From NCBI RefSeq assembly GCF_001194135.2, contig NC_068989.1, forward strand, positions 51,601,603 to 51,647,291: 45,689 nt of DNA, read 5' to 3'. A model generated the notes under the pieces. It did not search any database. It was not told the origin of the DNA and saw only the letters and a program-made list of their open reading frames with translations. The position numbers and the translations under genes were made by a program. Source of the DNA: Octopus bimaculoides. Taxonomy: Eukaryota. Shown here in pieces: positions 10,483 to 23,571 of this stretch. The stretch's first letter is position 1; every line of letters begins with the position of its first letter.

Positions 10483-11498
10483 TCCACTACGCCATATGCC
10501 CACGGGCAAATGTAAATAATTGTTACTTCTATTAAAAGTTTTTAAAATGGCTCAAAATATTTTTTTCATTTTAAAATGATTCATTTTTAATTATTAATTA
10601 ATAATTAGAAATTTAAAATAAGGTTATAAGAATAATAGTAGTACATAGTACAATAAATAGAATTATAGAAAAATTGTTATATATTAAAGTAAAATCTGCC
10701 TATGACAACAAATTCACATTAAGATTTGCTTGAGTTATTGCCTAGGTTATTTTTAGTCTTGATTCAATGCCTATTTTTTGCATAATGAATTTGCCTAGCA
10801 TATATACTATTCTATTTTGCATAAAGCTTTCGCTATATTGTTATGTATGACTCTCATTTTAGGTATTCTAGTGACTCAATATTTTAACAAAATGATGGTA
10901 TATTTTTAAATTATAATGCTACTTTGGATATTAAAATGAAATAATTTTTAATATTCAAGTTTTATCCTTAGCTGCAATGTTTTAAGCAAAACTTTCCTTA
11001 CCTCAATGACACCGGGGTGATATGTATTAAAATTCCTCTTATATTCATAAAAATGTATTATCACCCTCAAATTAGATAAACGGATACTCATAACAGCTTT
11101 TTTAAAAAACTTCATTGCAAGAGATAGATACCATGAAATTCGTCGAATTGAGCTCTTATATATAGTTTGTTTTTAAAATAAGAAAGTCAATTATACTTAA
11201 ATCCAATTTTATGTCTTATATTTTTTCATGATATTCTACCTCGTAACTTTTTTGATACAAACTTTTGTTGCATGAAAATAAACTAAGTAATTCGTCGTGC
11301 TTTCTTCTATCTTTGAAGCTATGATAAATATCCTTTGCTTTTGCAATAACAATTTATTTAGATCTGCAGTTGATGTGACAAACATGCTGATGCTGAAAGC
11401 ATATTACTTCGTTGCATCTAATTAGTTCATTTCACAACTTAGGTTTTACCAAGAATAATCAATACGTTTTGTTCATTATGATTTTTTTGTCGATTGTA

Positions 11499-11548
11499 AA
11501 CTAACCAATAATCTGGAACTAACCAATAATCGTAAACTAACCAATAAT
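11499..11548. repeat. Three 18 bp tandem units, each containing CCAAT
   Basis: AACTAACCAATAAT occurs three times, with CCAAT at 11505, 11523 and 11541. Confidence 0.9.
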
Positions 11549-11694
11549 GTGAAAATGCTAGAAATTATCTACCTGCATTTAAGGGCTAATATATGATATT
11601 TAATCCGTGTTTAATATGATATATGATAGGGCTCTAATAGCATCTTCACCCCAAAGATATTTATATCAATAATTTGCACTAATTTTGTGTTATA

Positions 11695-11970
11695 TCGCTA
11701 AGTGGAAGAAACCAACCGGGATTCTCTAAGGAACAGTGAGTTAACCGGAGAAGCCCAACGCCGAATCTCGTCAGCCGCGCCGATCGTCGAGAGCTGTGGT
11801 GCAAGTGTCGTACATGTTCGGTCATTTCGACAGGCTAGGTTCGGACACCCCTTGATCGGGGCTGCCTAGAGCGGGTGCCAAGCCCATTCGGAGCCGGCGC
11901 CGTTCGGCGATGCTCTTCCGCCCGAGTGTCGGGTTGCTTGGGAACTTACTAGTGTGTGGAATTAATTTTT
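11695..11970. other. GC/CpG-rich structured island of unknown identity
   Basis: Hand count gives 144/240 G+C and about 25 CpG in 11701-11940, against strongly AT-rich flanks. Several complementary segments are present. Confidence 0.7.
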
Positions 11971-13199
11971 AATTCTAGCTTAATTTCCTCACCTAAGTGC
12001 GGAGGTTAAGTTAATTTCATTTAACTATGATAAAGAAAGCAAAATTAATGATATATTGATAACAACTAAATTCTTTGTTGTCATCTCATAAAAATCATAG
12101 CTTTTTTACGATACCAAATATTGATTTTTAAATATATTGCATTTATGTAAATATAGCTACAGTGATGACCTCTTGTATTATAGCCGTCTACGACATAGTT
12201 TCAATGTCCGGTTGATCTATCTCCTATTTCAGATTTTAAAAAATTGCATGGCTCACATATTTCAGTCACTCTCAAAAATATACTATACGAGATTTTAATT
12301 ATTCCGAAAATATATTTTAATTAGATTAAGTAAAAATAGCTTCAGAATAAATTGGCTGACATCTTGTATACAAACTGCTACCATCGTCGATTAAATACTT
12401 ATTAGTACTATATTATTCTCGATTCAACGAATTTATCGTTTTCCTTGAAAAACATCGGCTTTAATGAACAAAGTCGGTTTCTATAAACTTGGTTTCCTTT
12501 TATCTTAGAAAGAGGAACAGCAAATTTGACACTTTTTCAGGAATCTACGTCTGGTGAAAAACGTGAAGATGTTAATCGTCTAACTGGTCTCAATACTTGA
12601 GAACCTCTAAAATGAGAACCTCTAAAAACTGCCATTTGACACATGGTATTTGTAAACGGTGCAAAACAGAATATACACAAAACCTCCAAATGGAGCTAAT
12701 ATTTTAGTTAAATACTTAAGCAAATTTATCTATATCCGATATGAAACAAATGCATTATAATCGAATTGGGCGAGAAAAATAAAAATTTAGTTATAGAAGT
12801 AATAAAGGAATCATATCATGATTTACTAAATTTTGATCCGATATATTTCCTGATCCAATTATAATTGTGTCAGCATTACCTCTCGATGTGCTTAGTGTAA
12901 AAGTTCAGTGTAGTGATTCAAAACACAGCTACGTGGCAGCATATTTCGAGAGGAGCTATGACAGCTCATACTGTATAACGAAATATCTCTTTCACATGAA
13001 AATTTTCTCGAAAAGGGAATGTAAGGATGTGTAAAGAAATATATTAGATTATTAAGTCGGATATTCGACATATATTGCTACCCAATAACAATTGCTATTT
13101 GGAAAATGAAACGCAGAATTTATAGTATGCTTAAAGGACAAATATTCTGTAGTTTATTTTATTAGCTTCTTATACGCGCGCGCGCGCGCGTGCGTGCGT

Positions 13200-13310
13200 G
13201 CCTTCAGCATTTAGAGTGCGTCCATACTTGGAGCACCGCTTTGAAGAAGTTTAGTCAATCAAATTAACAAAATTTGTTCTAAGGCTGGTACATTAGGAGA
13301 TACACTAGTT
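13200..13310 (+). mobile_element. Second SINE family, fragment
   Basis: TTTAGA.TGCGTCCA..CT.GGAGCACCG motif shared with 13880-14095. Confidence 0.6.
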
Positions 13311-13879
13311 AAACGTATTTAACATAATATCATGACAAAATTACTAGGAAACCTTTGCCTTTTACTCTCTTACTCAGGTCTCATTCAATAGACAAGTCAT
13401 TGTAACTCTTTTGTATCATTTTCAGGTATAGGTACCAAATGAGGGAAAGACTATAAATTATGTTGAGCTAAAGTGTTTAAGTTCATACAGTTTTTTTTAC
13501 AAGATTCGCTCTTTGCTAATGTATAGATATGTGATGAATTTCACGTTGATTCCTGTAACAGCAATTGAAGGAGGGGTTCGATGATTGAATTTTATTGCTA
13601 AGAAAATAATTAACATGTTAAGCACTTTTAATTATTATATTTAAAGCCTCAATACTAAACAGACAATTTAGCCATTCAATTACCCATATGTCTGCTTCAT
13701 TCACGAATTAAATATTACAAGCAGAGACACATAGACAAGCGCGTGATATTATATAATTATATGCATGTGTGTGTGTGTCTGTGTCTGTGTGTGGTTATGC
13801 CCCTGTGTGTGTGTGAGAGTATGTGTATAAGTGCGTATTTTTGGGTATGTATGTACCTATGTAACCTTGTTTTCTCTCT

Positions 13880-14095
13880 TATTTGATTCAGCCTTTAGAC
13901 TGCGTCCACACTGGGAGCACCGTCCCCAAGGATTTTTGTCAAACGATTGGGCTAAATTTCTTCTAAAGTTTGGTACTTATTGTGTTGGTCTCTTTCCAGA
14001 ACTGCTAAGTTATGGAGACGTTAACGCGTCAAAAACGTGTGAAGCGTTGGTGTGAGATGAATACAAGTACAAATCCACACAATCACATACACACA
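13880..14095 (+). mobile_element. Second SINE family, 3' half ending in a CA-rich tail
   Basis: GACTGCGTCCACACTGGGAGCACCG...GGTACTTATT...GCTAAGTTATGGAGACGT, then (CA)-rich sequence. Confidence 0.65.
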
Positions 14096-14239
14096 CAGGC
14101 AGGCAGGCAGATTGGAAGATTGGAAGCCAACTGAATATTTTGTATTTTGTATTTTGATTATACGCGCCCGGTATTAAAATACCGTCATCGTGGCTGCTGT
14201 TCAATATTCCATGAACTCTGTAAATGCTGTAAAATGTGA

Positions 14240-14829
14240 TGTGAACTACGAAGCTGTGCTCGGCAGAAAGACGTTATTCGGATGTGTCTCCAGTGCGGAT
14301 GTCGGAATGCTTCCGCTCAGCTTTGAACCTGGCCTTAGATTCAATTCAGTCCGCTTTGTGAAACTGCTGGAGATTGATGTAACACCACAGCCGGGAATGA
14401 TTGCTGCTGGAAGGCTATATGTATAGCAGTAGGATTCGGTTCCTCCGAGAAATTCAGTTTTGGTTGTGGGAGCATATTTACAACTCCGCTAGCTCCGGTT
14501 TCTGACCTAATTCCTCTCATTGTAATCACATGTATTAATATACAGGACACCAATCACTCGATTTTGGACCTTTCAATACGAAAACTAGGAGCAAGGAAGT
14601 GTTCGAAGATTTTCTCTACTCTACTATGAGAAATGCATGCGCCAGATTTCGGAGTCACTTTGTGACTGCGTTGGAAGTTAAGAGTGGCTACTTGTAATAA
14701 ACTGTTATCCCCAGTCATAAACAAGCTGACAGTTTTTTTTCCTTTTTGTGAATACTTTGATTTTTTCGAGGGGATATTGTGTTTTTCCCCGCTTTTAACC
14801 AAGCTGTGAAATTTAGCCGGAACAACCTG
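14240..14829 (+). mobile_element. maT/DD37D (Tc1/mariner) transposase 3' remnant with right terminus
   Basis: Frames give FGCVSS..V.M.P..FEPGLRFNS..FVKLLE...AAGRLYV*Q*DS, then PNSSHCNHMY and KEVFEDF..TMRNACARFRS..EVKSGYL*. These match the maT QQDSAP and SPDCNPxD regions. The element ends ...CAACCTG followed by TA. Confidence 0.75.
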
Positions 14830-14956
14830 TACGTATACTCATTATGCATCCTGTTGGTTGTCCCAAAGCGATAGTAGAAGATACTTCCCCAAGTGAACCC
14901 CAAATCAGCAAGCTTTTTACCACAATGCGTCAATCCACATTAATAGTAAGACAACA

Positions 14957-15003
<47 letters not shown>

Positions 15004-16267
15004 CATGTATGTATATATGTGTGTGTATGTGTGTGTATATGCGCCTTTGTGGGCGTATTTTAGCATGTGTATGTCTTGTACAATATTATCACGATGTGAG
15101 CCATAGATATCAATACATAGATAAGGGCTATTGTATGTTTAATACACTCGGTAGGATTAATGCTTATAATACATCTTCAGCGATAGAAAATGATGGAAAT
15201 AGGAATAACTGTTCTCATATGTTCTTATTATATTTGATATGAATTGGGATTTTCATTGAATTAAATATACTAAATTTCTTTTGTCCCAAGTAGCTTCCCG
15301 TTTTGAGAACTTTACATGACAAGAGGAAAAATTATTTTACTTTGTGATAATAGAAACTGTATTTAGTACATTGAAGGCAACAACACAAATATATAATTTT
15401 ACATTTATTTTGATCATTGTATGGGAGGAAATTTTGATTAGAGATTGTGTGGAGATAGATATTAACAAAAGCTATATACCGATTCGGAATTTGAATATTT
15501 TAACGTTGACTATTTGAATATCTTAGCATTAATATTCCAGCATAATATTCACCAAAATTCAGCACCTGGTATATATTCATGTGTGTTTACTCCATTAAAT
15601 ATTTTTGTTTGTTATTCATTGATTTTGAAAGAAGTGAGCCTTAAAACATATAGGAATTTTAGAAACACTTCTCTTAACGAACACCTTCATTTCTTACTAA
15701 GTAAATTGATAGTGTTCAAAATTTAGTTGTCCATGATCATGTACAGCTATACAATCCGGAAAGGCTGGCGCTTTCCAATCCCCCAACAGGTACCTTTCCA
15801 TAAGTTTACAACACCTGAAAATTTCAGATCGGAAATTTACCTGTGCGGATAAGTTCTTAGATCTGAAGAATATCTATGTTCTTTCAGCTACGCAAAGCTT
15901 ACACTCTTTTGTTCCGTTGACATATGGTGTGGACTCAACTATTTTCCACTTTGTTGTATGTGGTGAGGCGTTCAAACCTCATATGTGGCTAGCCAACTTA
16001 ATCGCTTTACTTTTGTTCCTGACTCAGAAGGAAGATATGTATGTTTAGTATAGTGATGTTTGAAATCGCATTCGCATAACCCAATGTATCTATTTTCCCT
16101 TAAGTTATCATATAGCGTTGCCGTAAGTTCTGCTTCAAATTTGACGGATATAATCATGTATTAATGTGTCGAGTAAACACGTTCCTGGGTCTTGACAGTT
16201 ACAACTAGGAGTAGGCTCTTGGTGGTGTTTGCGTGTAATGATGCTTTTCATATTGGCTGCTGCTATA

Positions 16268-17275
16268 CGAGTGGTTTCGAAAGGATCCCGGATTAGTTAT
16301 GTTTAATAAAAGATAAATTATTTACTTTAGTTTTAACATCATCCTTTTTGAGATAGTCACCATGCACAGCAAGACGGCGGAACCAACACACCTGTCACTT
16401 TTGGAATTCGCTCTGGATCTCGACAACGGTGTTCAAATGCCGACCTTTGAGCTGCGTTTTCAACGTGGGAGAGATCGAAGTCTACAGGTGTTAAATCTGG
16501 CGAATAGGGCGGGTGTAGAAACGATACCATTGTGTTTTTCCAAGAAACTCCCGAGTGGAGAGTGCTCCGTGACAGGGTGCATTGTGTTCGTGAAGATCTC
16601 GTCGCTTTCACCGAAATGTCCTAACTCAAACGAATCAAATCTTCACAGTAGAACTCTCGCATTCGCGAGGCACAATCCACGGATGTCGAAAACAAAAATG
16701 AGAATGCCTTTGACTGAGTTGCAGCTCTGCCGTGTCTTCTTCAGTCATTGCAACGAAGGACTCTTCCAATGTGACGACTGCTGCTTCGTCTACGTAGACA
16801 CAACTCCCGTCACCGGTGATAATCTTCGACACGAAGGATAGTTTATAAGCGGCACTCTGACGGAGATGTTGACAGATTTCGACGTGACGTTCTTTCTGTT
16901 CAGCGGTCAGCATGCGGGGGAACAAACTTACCAAAGACACGCCGCATGTTCAATTTAGACGTTAGGACTGCCCACACGGATCCATACGACATACTAACAA
17001 CATCAGCAATGTTGTTCATTGTCCTCAAACGGACCCCTTGCACAAACTAATGAATTTTCTTCATATTTTCAGTGGTGGCGCTCGTGGCAGGATTTCACAA
17101 ATCGTCTTCCAGGGACATTCTTCTGATGTTGAAGCATTCATACCACTTGAAACACTGTGCACGATCTATTGCCTCGTCGCCGTAAGCTTGCCGAAGAACA
17201 CGCAATGTCTCTGTAGGAGACTTTCCAAGTTTTAAGCAAACTTTCACGTTGGGCATTTGTTCCACTGCACGACAA
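16268..17275 (-). mobile_element. Near-full-length mariner (DD34D) transposase pseudogene with one terminus
   Basis: VEQMPNVKVCLKLGKSPTETL (HTH start), PRMLTAEQKERHVEIC, IITGDGS and HPPYSPDLTPVDF. The terminus is TA|CGAGTGGTTTCGAAAGGATCCCGG at 16266. Many frameshifts. Confidence 0.9.
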
Positions 17276-17929
17276 AATCCCAGACTACATATACGTGATC
17301 ACAAAAGCATAAATTTCACAACTTGCAAAGTAAGCACAACAATGTCACTCGGCACACTACGTCAAGTTAATTCATCCTCAGTTAATTCATCAATAGGGAT
17401 AAAATTTATTCAACTGAGAAATCAATTTGAATGCTTAATACTATAATAATAATTATAATATTGATGATGATGATGATGATGATGATTATTATTATAATTT
17501 CATTTTTTCCACAAAAGCAGTTTGGGTAGGGGATTACATGTATGTGCAAGTGTGTGTGTGCGTGTGTGTGAGAGAGAGTGCGACGCGCTCTCACATACAC
17601 GCTTACATGAAAGATGTATTCATATGTATTTATGTATGTACATATACCTGACAACACATGCCTTCATCCCCTCCCACATACACACTCTCTCACAAGCACA
17701 ATAACACATACAAATACATAAATGTATACAAACATACATAGAAAAACACACGTGTGCATGTGTGACAGTCAACACATACATAGAGCTGAACACGGCGTGT
17801 AAAAATTAAATAAATAAAAAATGTTTACGGAAATTAATGAAGTGTGCGGGTTCAAGAGAAATTAATCAACTTAGTAAATGTTTCTTTCAGTAATTTATCG
17901 CAGATGTTTGCAAATTGCAAATTAATGAA

Positions 17930-18295
17930 GCAATATTATTTATTTTTAATAAAAAAAACAACTGAAGAGCCTATTATTTACCCGAGTTCAAATTATTCAT
18001 GCATCTCATGTATGGCAGCAATATATTTTCAGTAACTTATCATCATAGTTGTTTGCAAATTGCGAATTAAACTTGAAATGAAAACATTGAAATAGCGAGA
18101 GAGAGATTTCACAAATGAAAATGGAAACTTTCGCCCTTGTTACATCAATACCTGAAGTTGAGATTAAGAATCCTTTTTAAACAAGTAAATCGTAAATATA
18201 ACGCAATATTATTTATTTTTAATGAAGAAATAAACTGAAGACCCTATTATGTATCCAAGATCAAATTATTCATGAATCCCTTGTATGGAAGCAAT
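17930..18295. repeat. Diverged 93 bp direct repeat (17930-18022 and 18203-18295)
   Basis: Colinear shared blocks: GCAATATTATTTATTTTTAAT..AACTGAAGA.CCTATTAT..TCAAATTATTCATG..TGTATGG.AGCAAT. Confidence 0.85.
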
Positions 18296-18658
18296 TCGCG
18301 CTATCGCTTCGCATGAAAAGCGTACAAACACAGAGATGTATATTGATATAATAAAATGCGAAACTAAGAAACAAGTAAATCTTTCAAAACATGGTACAGA
18401 AAATAATCAAAAATAAGTATAAACAATAATATTTTTTAAAAATCACGTCTTTTGAGATATACAATTAAAATTGTATTTTGTTGTATCAAATACAAACAGT
18501 AAAATATGAAGTTTAAAATAATATTACACAAGATTTTTTTCGACTTGAATTGAAATTCCATTACATAATTGTTTTTTTTTTAATAAATAAATAGACATAA
18601 TATAATGTCTAAAAGTTGAAGAATACCACCTCTTGGTACCCTCCATTTTCTTATTGCC

Positions 18659-18690
<32 letters not shown>

Positions 18691-18811
18691 NNNNNNNNNN
18701 NNNNNNNNNNNNNNNNNNNNNNNNNNNNNNNNNNNNNNNNNNNNNNNNNNNNNNNNNNNNNNNNNNNNNNNNNNNNNNNNNNNNNNNNNNNNNNNNNNNN
18801 NNNNNNNNNNN

Positions 18812-18864
<53 letters not shown>

Positions 18865-20194
18865 CATATATATATATATGAGGTGTGCTCTGTTAACAGA
18901 AATTGTGTACATTCATCGAAAACAGACTGTCCCCTCAAGAGATCTGTGCACTTTGAATTGACATAATTTAAGGAGCATATTCCCGAACTAGTAAAGCATA
19001 AGAGCAAACAAATGCGTATATTGCTATTGACTTTAGTTTTTCTTTTAATAATTCTCAGGTTACATAACGATTCTATAAAATCTTCAATATCGTATAACAA
19101 ATCTGTCAATATAATCGACTGCATTCTTGTTATGACAAAAATATGCACAACATTATTTCAGAAACATCGAAAATCACGGACGATGTGTTTGAATCAAGAT
19201 ATGTGGCATAGACAGAAATGATCGCATCGTAGATTGTAAAAGAAAAATTAATAATAATTAAAACATAACATGCTACGCAGCTTATATGTCTCGTCGATTG
19301 TCTGAAACGGAAATAGTTTAAGTCATGCGAAGTTTGACATTGTCATAAAAATATTTGGGTAAAATATGGCTTTATGAAAATATGTGGATCCAATGTAGCT
19401 ATATGGATTGCATTCCAAACAAGAACAAAATGCATTTATTCTCGTACGTTTATCGAAGGAAAACTGCAACTGAATTCTTCTTTTAAAAGGGAGTAGTAAC
19501 AAGCAGGCTCCACAGCAAACGGACATAAACAGTGAAGACAAAGGCACAAAGAACGGCTTGTAAATGTTCTAAATACTAATTATAATAAACACTTTCCAGT
19601 GCTTACCAGTCCTCTGATGTATGATATATGGGTAAAGTATACAACCAAGACTTCTACAATAATATAAAAGTTAACACCTTAAATTGTTCAAATATTGGTT
19701 GCATACTAGACATAAAACAAAACACTTGAAGAGACGGATGGTGCAGTGCACATATTGTTTTTCTTGCAATGTCATTTAATGTAAAAAAAAAATGTTGATG
19801 ATATGAATGCATCACTCTCTAAATTAGGATTATATGTTGAACACACTCTGTAAAAATCTTCACTTCTTAAAATATCGAACGTCAAATTAACGAGCATCCA
19901 GTAATAACGGTGTAGGAACTCAAAATCTCCACGGATACCGTTATGTTCCATCTTTATGATCCTTTGATTCTTTCATTGAGAGAGAAAACTTTCTTCGTGA
20001 AGTTCTTTATAGCCATTTTAGAACATCTCACCGGTAACAATTAATTACTGTAATGCTTGTAAACGTTTTTTTATTTTACTCAAAATTTGGAGAAAAGAAT
20101 ATATTGAAAATTTTCTTCAAGTGCTGTGAAAATTTGGCAAGAAATATGCCTCAGGAAACCGGTGTGTATTTCTTGTCTGTCCAATCCATCACTG

Positions 20195-20310
20195 GCATGC
20201 TATTCTTATAGCGTGAGCTTCGGGAAGATTGCCGGGGAAGGGGATCCTTACTCACTTCGTAGATCCTAATCATGCACTTGATAGAGTGAGTAGTTCTGAT
20301 GTTTTATAAA
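20195..20310 (+). mobile_element. Possible very old RTE-like RT fragment
   Basis: Weak match: HAILI..GK...HFVDPNHALDRV resembles DAIF..GK...AFVDLEKAFDRV. Confidence 0.3.
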
Positions 20311-20405
20311 AGTTGATTAAAGCAATATATCTTCCAAAATTACTAAAGCTCCTTGCGTTAAGCAATAAGGTTGTGGAACCATGGAAAAATTATGTTTCCG
20401 TCTGA

Positions 20406-20752
20406 GAGGGATCCGTCTCTATTTAACTTTGCATGACTATTTACTCTCTGGAAATCAAACGTGAACGGAGTAGCTCATAATTTCTTCCTTATGATTCATG
20501 GAATTAATTTTCACGACTTTGTTTGACATTTGTGTGGGAAAATAATTGCAGTTGTATGACGGTGCACACTCAGTGATCACTCACTGGTAACCACCTACAT
20601 TCGAGATCAGATGAGTTGAGATTAGCACAATTAAGCATAGAGTTTAACATTATAAAGCTCGATACGAGGGATCCGTCTCTATTTAACTTTGCATGACTAT
20701 TTACTCTCTGGAAATCAAACGTGAACGGAGTAGCTCATAATTTCTTCCTTAT
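20406..20752. repeat. Perfect 87 bp direct repeat separated by 173 bp
   Basis: 20406-20492 is identical to 20666-20752. Confidence 0.95.
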
Positions 20753-22299
20753 CAGTCTCGTCCGCTCAACAGAATAACAACACTAAAACATTTAATAAAT
20801 AACTGTTCATTACTTTCACTTAGGCTGGTGTCTAGCGCAGTTGATTTCTTTCACCATCTGAAATCCAATGTAACATTAGCGATACCTTAAAACGAGAATT
20901 TAGTATTTGGATAGGTAAGGTAAGCATAAAATTTAGAATACCTTCAAAAAATCATGGTAGAAGAAAAATACTCCATAGAATGATCAATATCAATGTTTTA
21001 GTGATCGCTCCATCGACATACTGCTGCATGTTTCTGAAGCATGGACTATAAAATCAAGATTCCCATGAAAATATGTTGTATGTTGTATTTAGTATACCGA
21101 TATCTTCATAAGTATTGAGCTGTAAACTCTATAAACCTTTTATATTCGTAAATAACGCCCCAACCATTGACATAAGAATGAATTCAAAAATAATTTAAAT
21201 GATTTGTTTTTGTTTTATTCTGTGATTTCATTGTGAATGTTTTCTGCATCTTACCCTACAGTCATGTAGATATATTTAACATCTAAGCATTTAATGTGTA
21301 AAATATTACACTAGTAGTTATATACCCGTAGCTTTATCGCATGAAACTAATAGTAGCTCATAAAATATATATATTGTGTTCAATAAATAATATATATCTC
21401 TATCTCTCACCAGATGGAGTATCTTTTTGTTGCTCTTAGCGTCTAGGAACAGCACAGTATATTCATATAATAGATAATTAAGATTCAGTTGAATTTGGTA
21501 CTTAAATTGCGACACCTTGTTAGGTCGGTCTAATTTGCAAACCCAAACAATGTCTGGTAAATATCAAACTCTGTGCAGAAGTGTTTGCATTTGATATTCT
21601 TGCAGTGTATGCAGATAACACGACCCAACTTAGTGAAAGGATCCGCTCTTGGTTGTTCGGGCATGTACGTTATATAAAAATACAAAACTACTTTCTATAA
21701 TACTTCTGAAGTGCAGATTCCAGGGTAGGTGAATAAAATATAAACGAGTAACAAATATGTACAGGTGTCAATTCATTACGGCCGTTTCAAGCGACTCCTT
21801 GAATTGATTTATGAAAATATTACATCATTGCGAAGAATCCGTTTTTGGCAGATCATTGCATAAACTTCAAACACAAAGGACAAACCAACTGCTTTAACAT
21901 ATTTGTGTCACCAACGGAGCTCAAATATTTACATTCATTCTGCTGTTATATCGTCGGCAGAATAAGTTCAGAAAATAGCCTATGTAGTGTGGAACCTTTT
22001 AGAATTTAGAGGTTATTAGAGGTTATAGTGTGTTTGGGAGGATAATTCAGAGTAGTGATCTAGCTACCTAACCTTCGAAAACTGTAGGGGGAGTGTAGTT
22101 TCCAATCATCTAAAATTAAATCTTTTGGGACTTGTAGCTGTATTCTAGACAAAGGTGATAAATTAATTCATATCATGACAACATACTAGACTAAGTACTG
22201 GAATTTATACCGGCCTTTGTCTACTCCAAAGGGCAAGGCTTGGGGTGGTAAAAAGGAGGGAATACCTGATGTGGAAGGGGTGATAAAGGATAGAAGCAC

Positions 22300-23200
22300 A
22301 TTGTAACTTAGCACATTTATAAAGTTAAATTAAAACATAATTAAATATATAGATGAAGGCTAGAACTTAGACTTAAATTTAAATAAGGGGATATTTTAAA
22401 ATATAAGAGAAATACTAAGACTTTTCACAAATATAGTGTATAGAATATCGTGGTAAAATATTATATGACGAATGTATCACGGAAACATGACGAATGTATC
22501 ACGGAAACATCTATATATATATAGATACTTATAGTATAAATTAAACTGATGATAAAGCCATTCTCATCAAATACGGCTGGGTAAAGATGGGATATAGTAA
22601 GATATGAGATCTGATGCATAGGATAAATAAATTAGAGATATTAAATATATAAAGGAGTGCATTCAGATAAAGATTTAAACAAATTTAGTCATATAATCAT
22701 AATGAATATCATGTATAATTAAAAATTGTAATAATATAAGATTAGAGTATAGAGTGAATTTTATGAAAAGGTGTAAATTGTTACATATTTATAAGCTATA
22801 AAAACTATACAAAAATTTAAAAAAATGATATATAAAGGCTTAAGATTATAAAAATATATAATATAAGAATTTATAAGATGTAATGTGTAATTAAAAATAT
22901 ATAATAATATAAACTATAAAAACCATGAAAATACATAAAAGGATACATAAAGTCAAAAGATATAAAAATATAAATTATAAAAAAATTATCAAATACAAGA
23001 CAAATTTTTATTTTTTATTTCTATCAAAGGTATAAAAAAATTATATAAAATGGTATACAAAAGATATAAAGAAAGATATAAGATGAAATAAAATAAAATG
23101 ATTTTTTTATAACGGTATTGGCATATAGAAAAAAGTATAGCCAGAATATTATTATTGATACAAGATAAAATATAATACAAAATCACCAGGTTCTGATAGA
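22300..23200. repeat. Extremely A/T-rich low-complexity tract
   Basis: Dominated by TATAAA/ATAAAA-like words. No recognisable ORF. Confidence 0.8.
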
Positions 23201-23507
23201 TATTACCTTTAGAACGGTTTTATAAGATATATATAAATTATGACAAAGAAAATGATCGAGGTAGAATAGTAACAGATCTTGGGGGATATATTTGTTTTTA
23301 GGGGAGGTGCGAATTTCAACAATCCATTAAAAGAATAAATATATGTTATATCAACCATGACAGACGAGATTCACCACTGGGAAGGGCTAAATACACATTG
23401 TAATTATTAAAAGCGTATAGATCAAATGGGGCTAAGGGTCACTATTGAATAGGTTTCGGCATCACAGGGAGTAGACTATGAATGATATGATGTGGTGTGT
23501 GTGTGTG

Positions 23508-23557
<50 letters not shown>

Positions 23558-23571
23558 AACATATACAGCGT

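Noticed and set aside
11763-11832. Minus-strand GAAA...CTGACGA as a type II hammerhead
   Set aside because: No valid helix III/NUH or helix I, and only about 3 bp of helix II.
11695-11970. Telomerase RNA, RNase P/MRP, SRP or U3 identity for the GC island
   Set aside because: No CTAACCCT template, no P4 GGAAGG/GAAAGTCC motifs, no SRP Alu start and no U3 boxes seen.
15740-15880. Splice-like signals on both strands
   Set aside because: They imply a 26 nt intron and conflicting strands, consistent with chance.
17275-17460. Left terminal inverted repeat of the mariner element
   Set aside because: No recognisable reverse complement of the 16268 terminus.
22000-23450. Mitochondrial insertion (NUMT)
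   Set aside because: Very AT-rich, but I recognise no mitochondrial gene, rRNA or tRNA motif.
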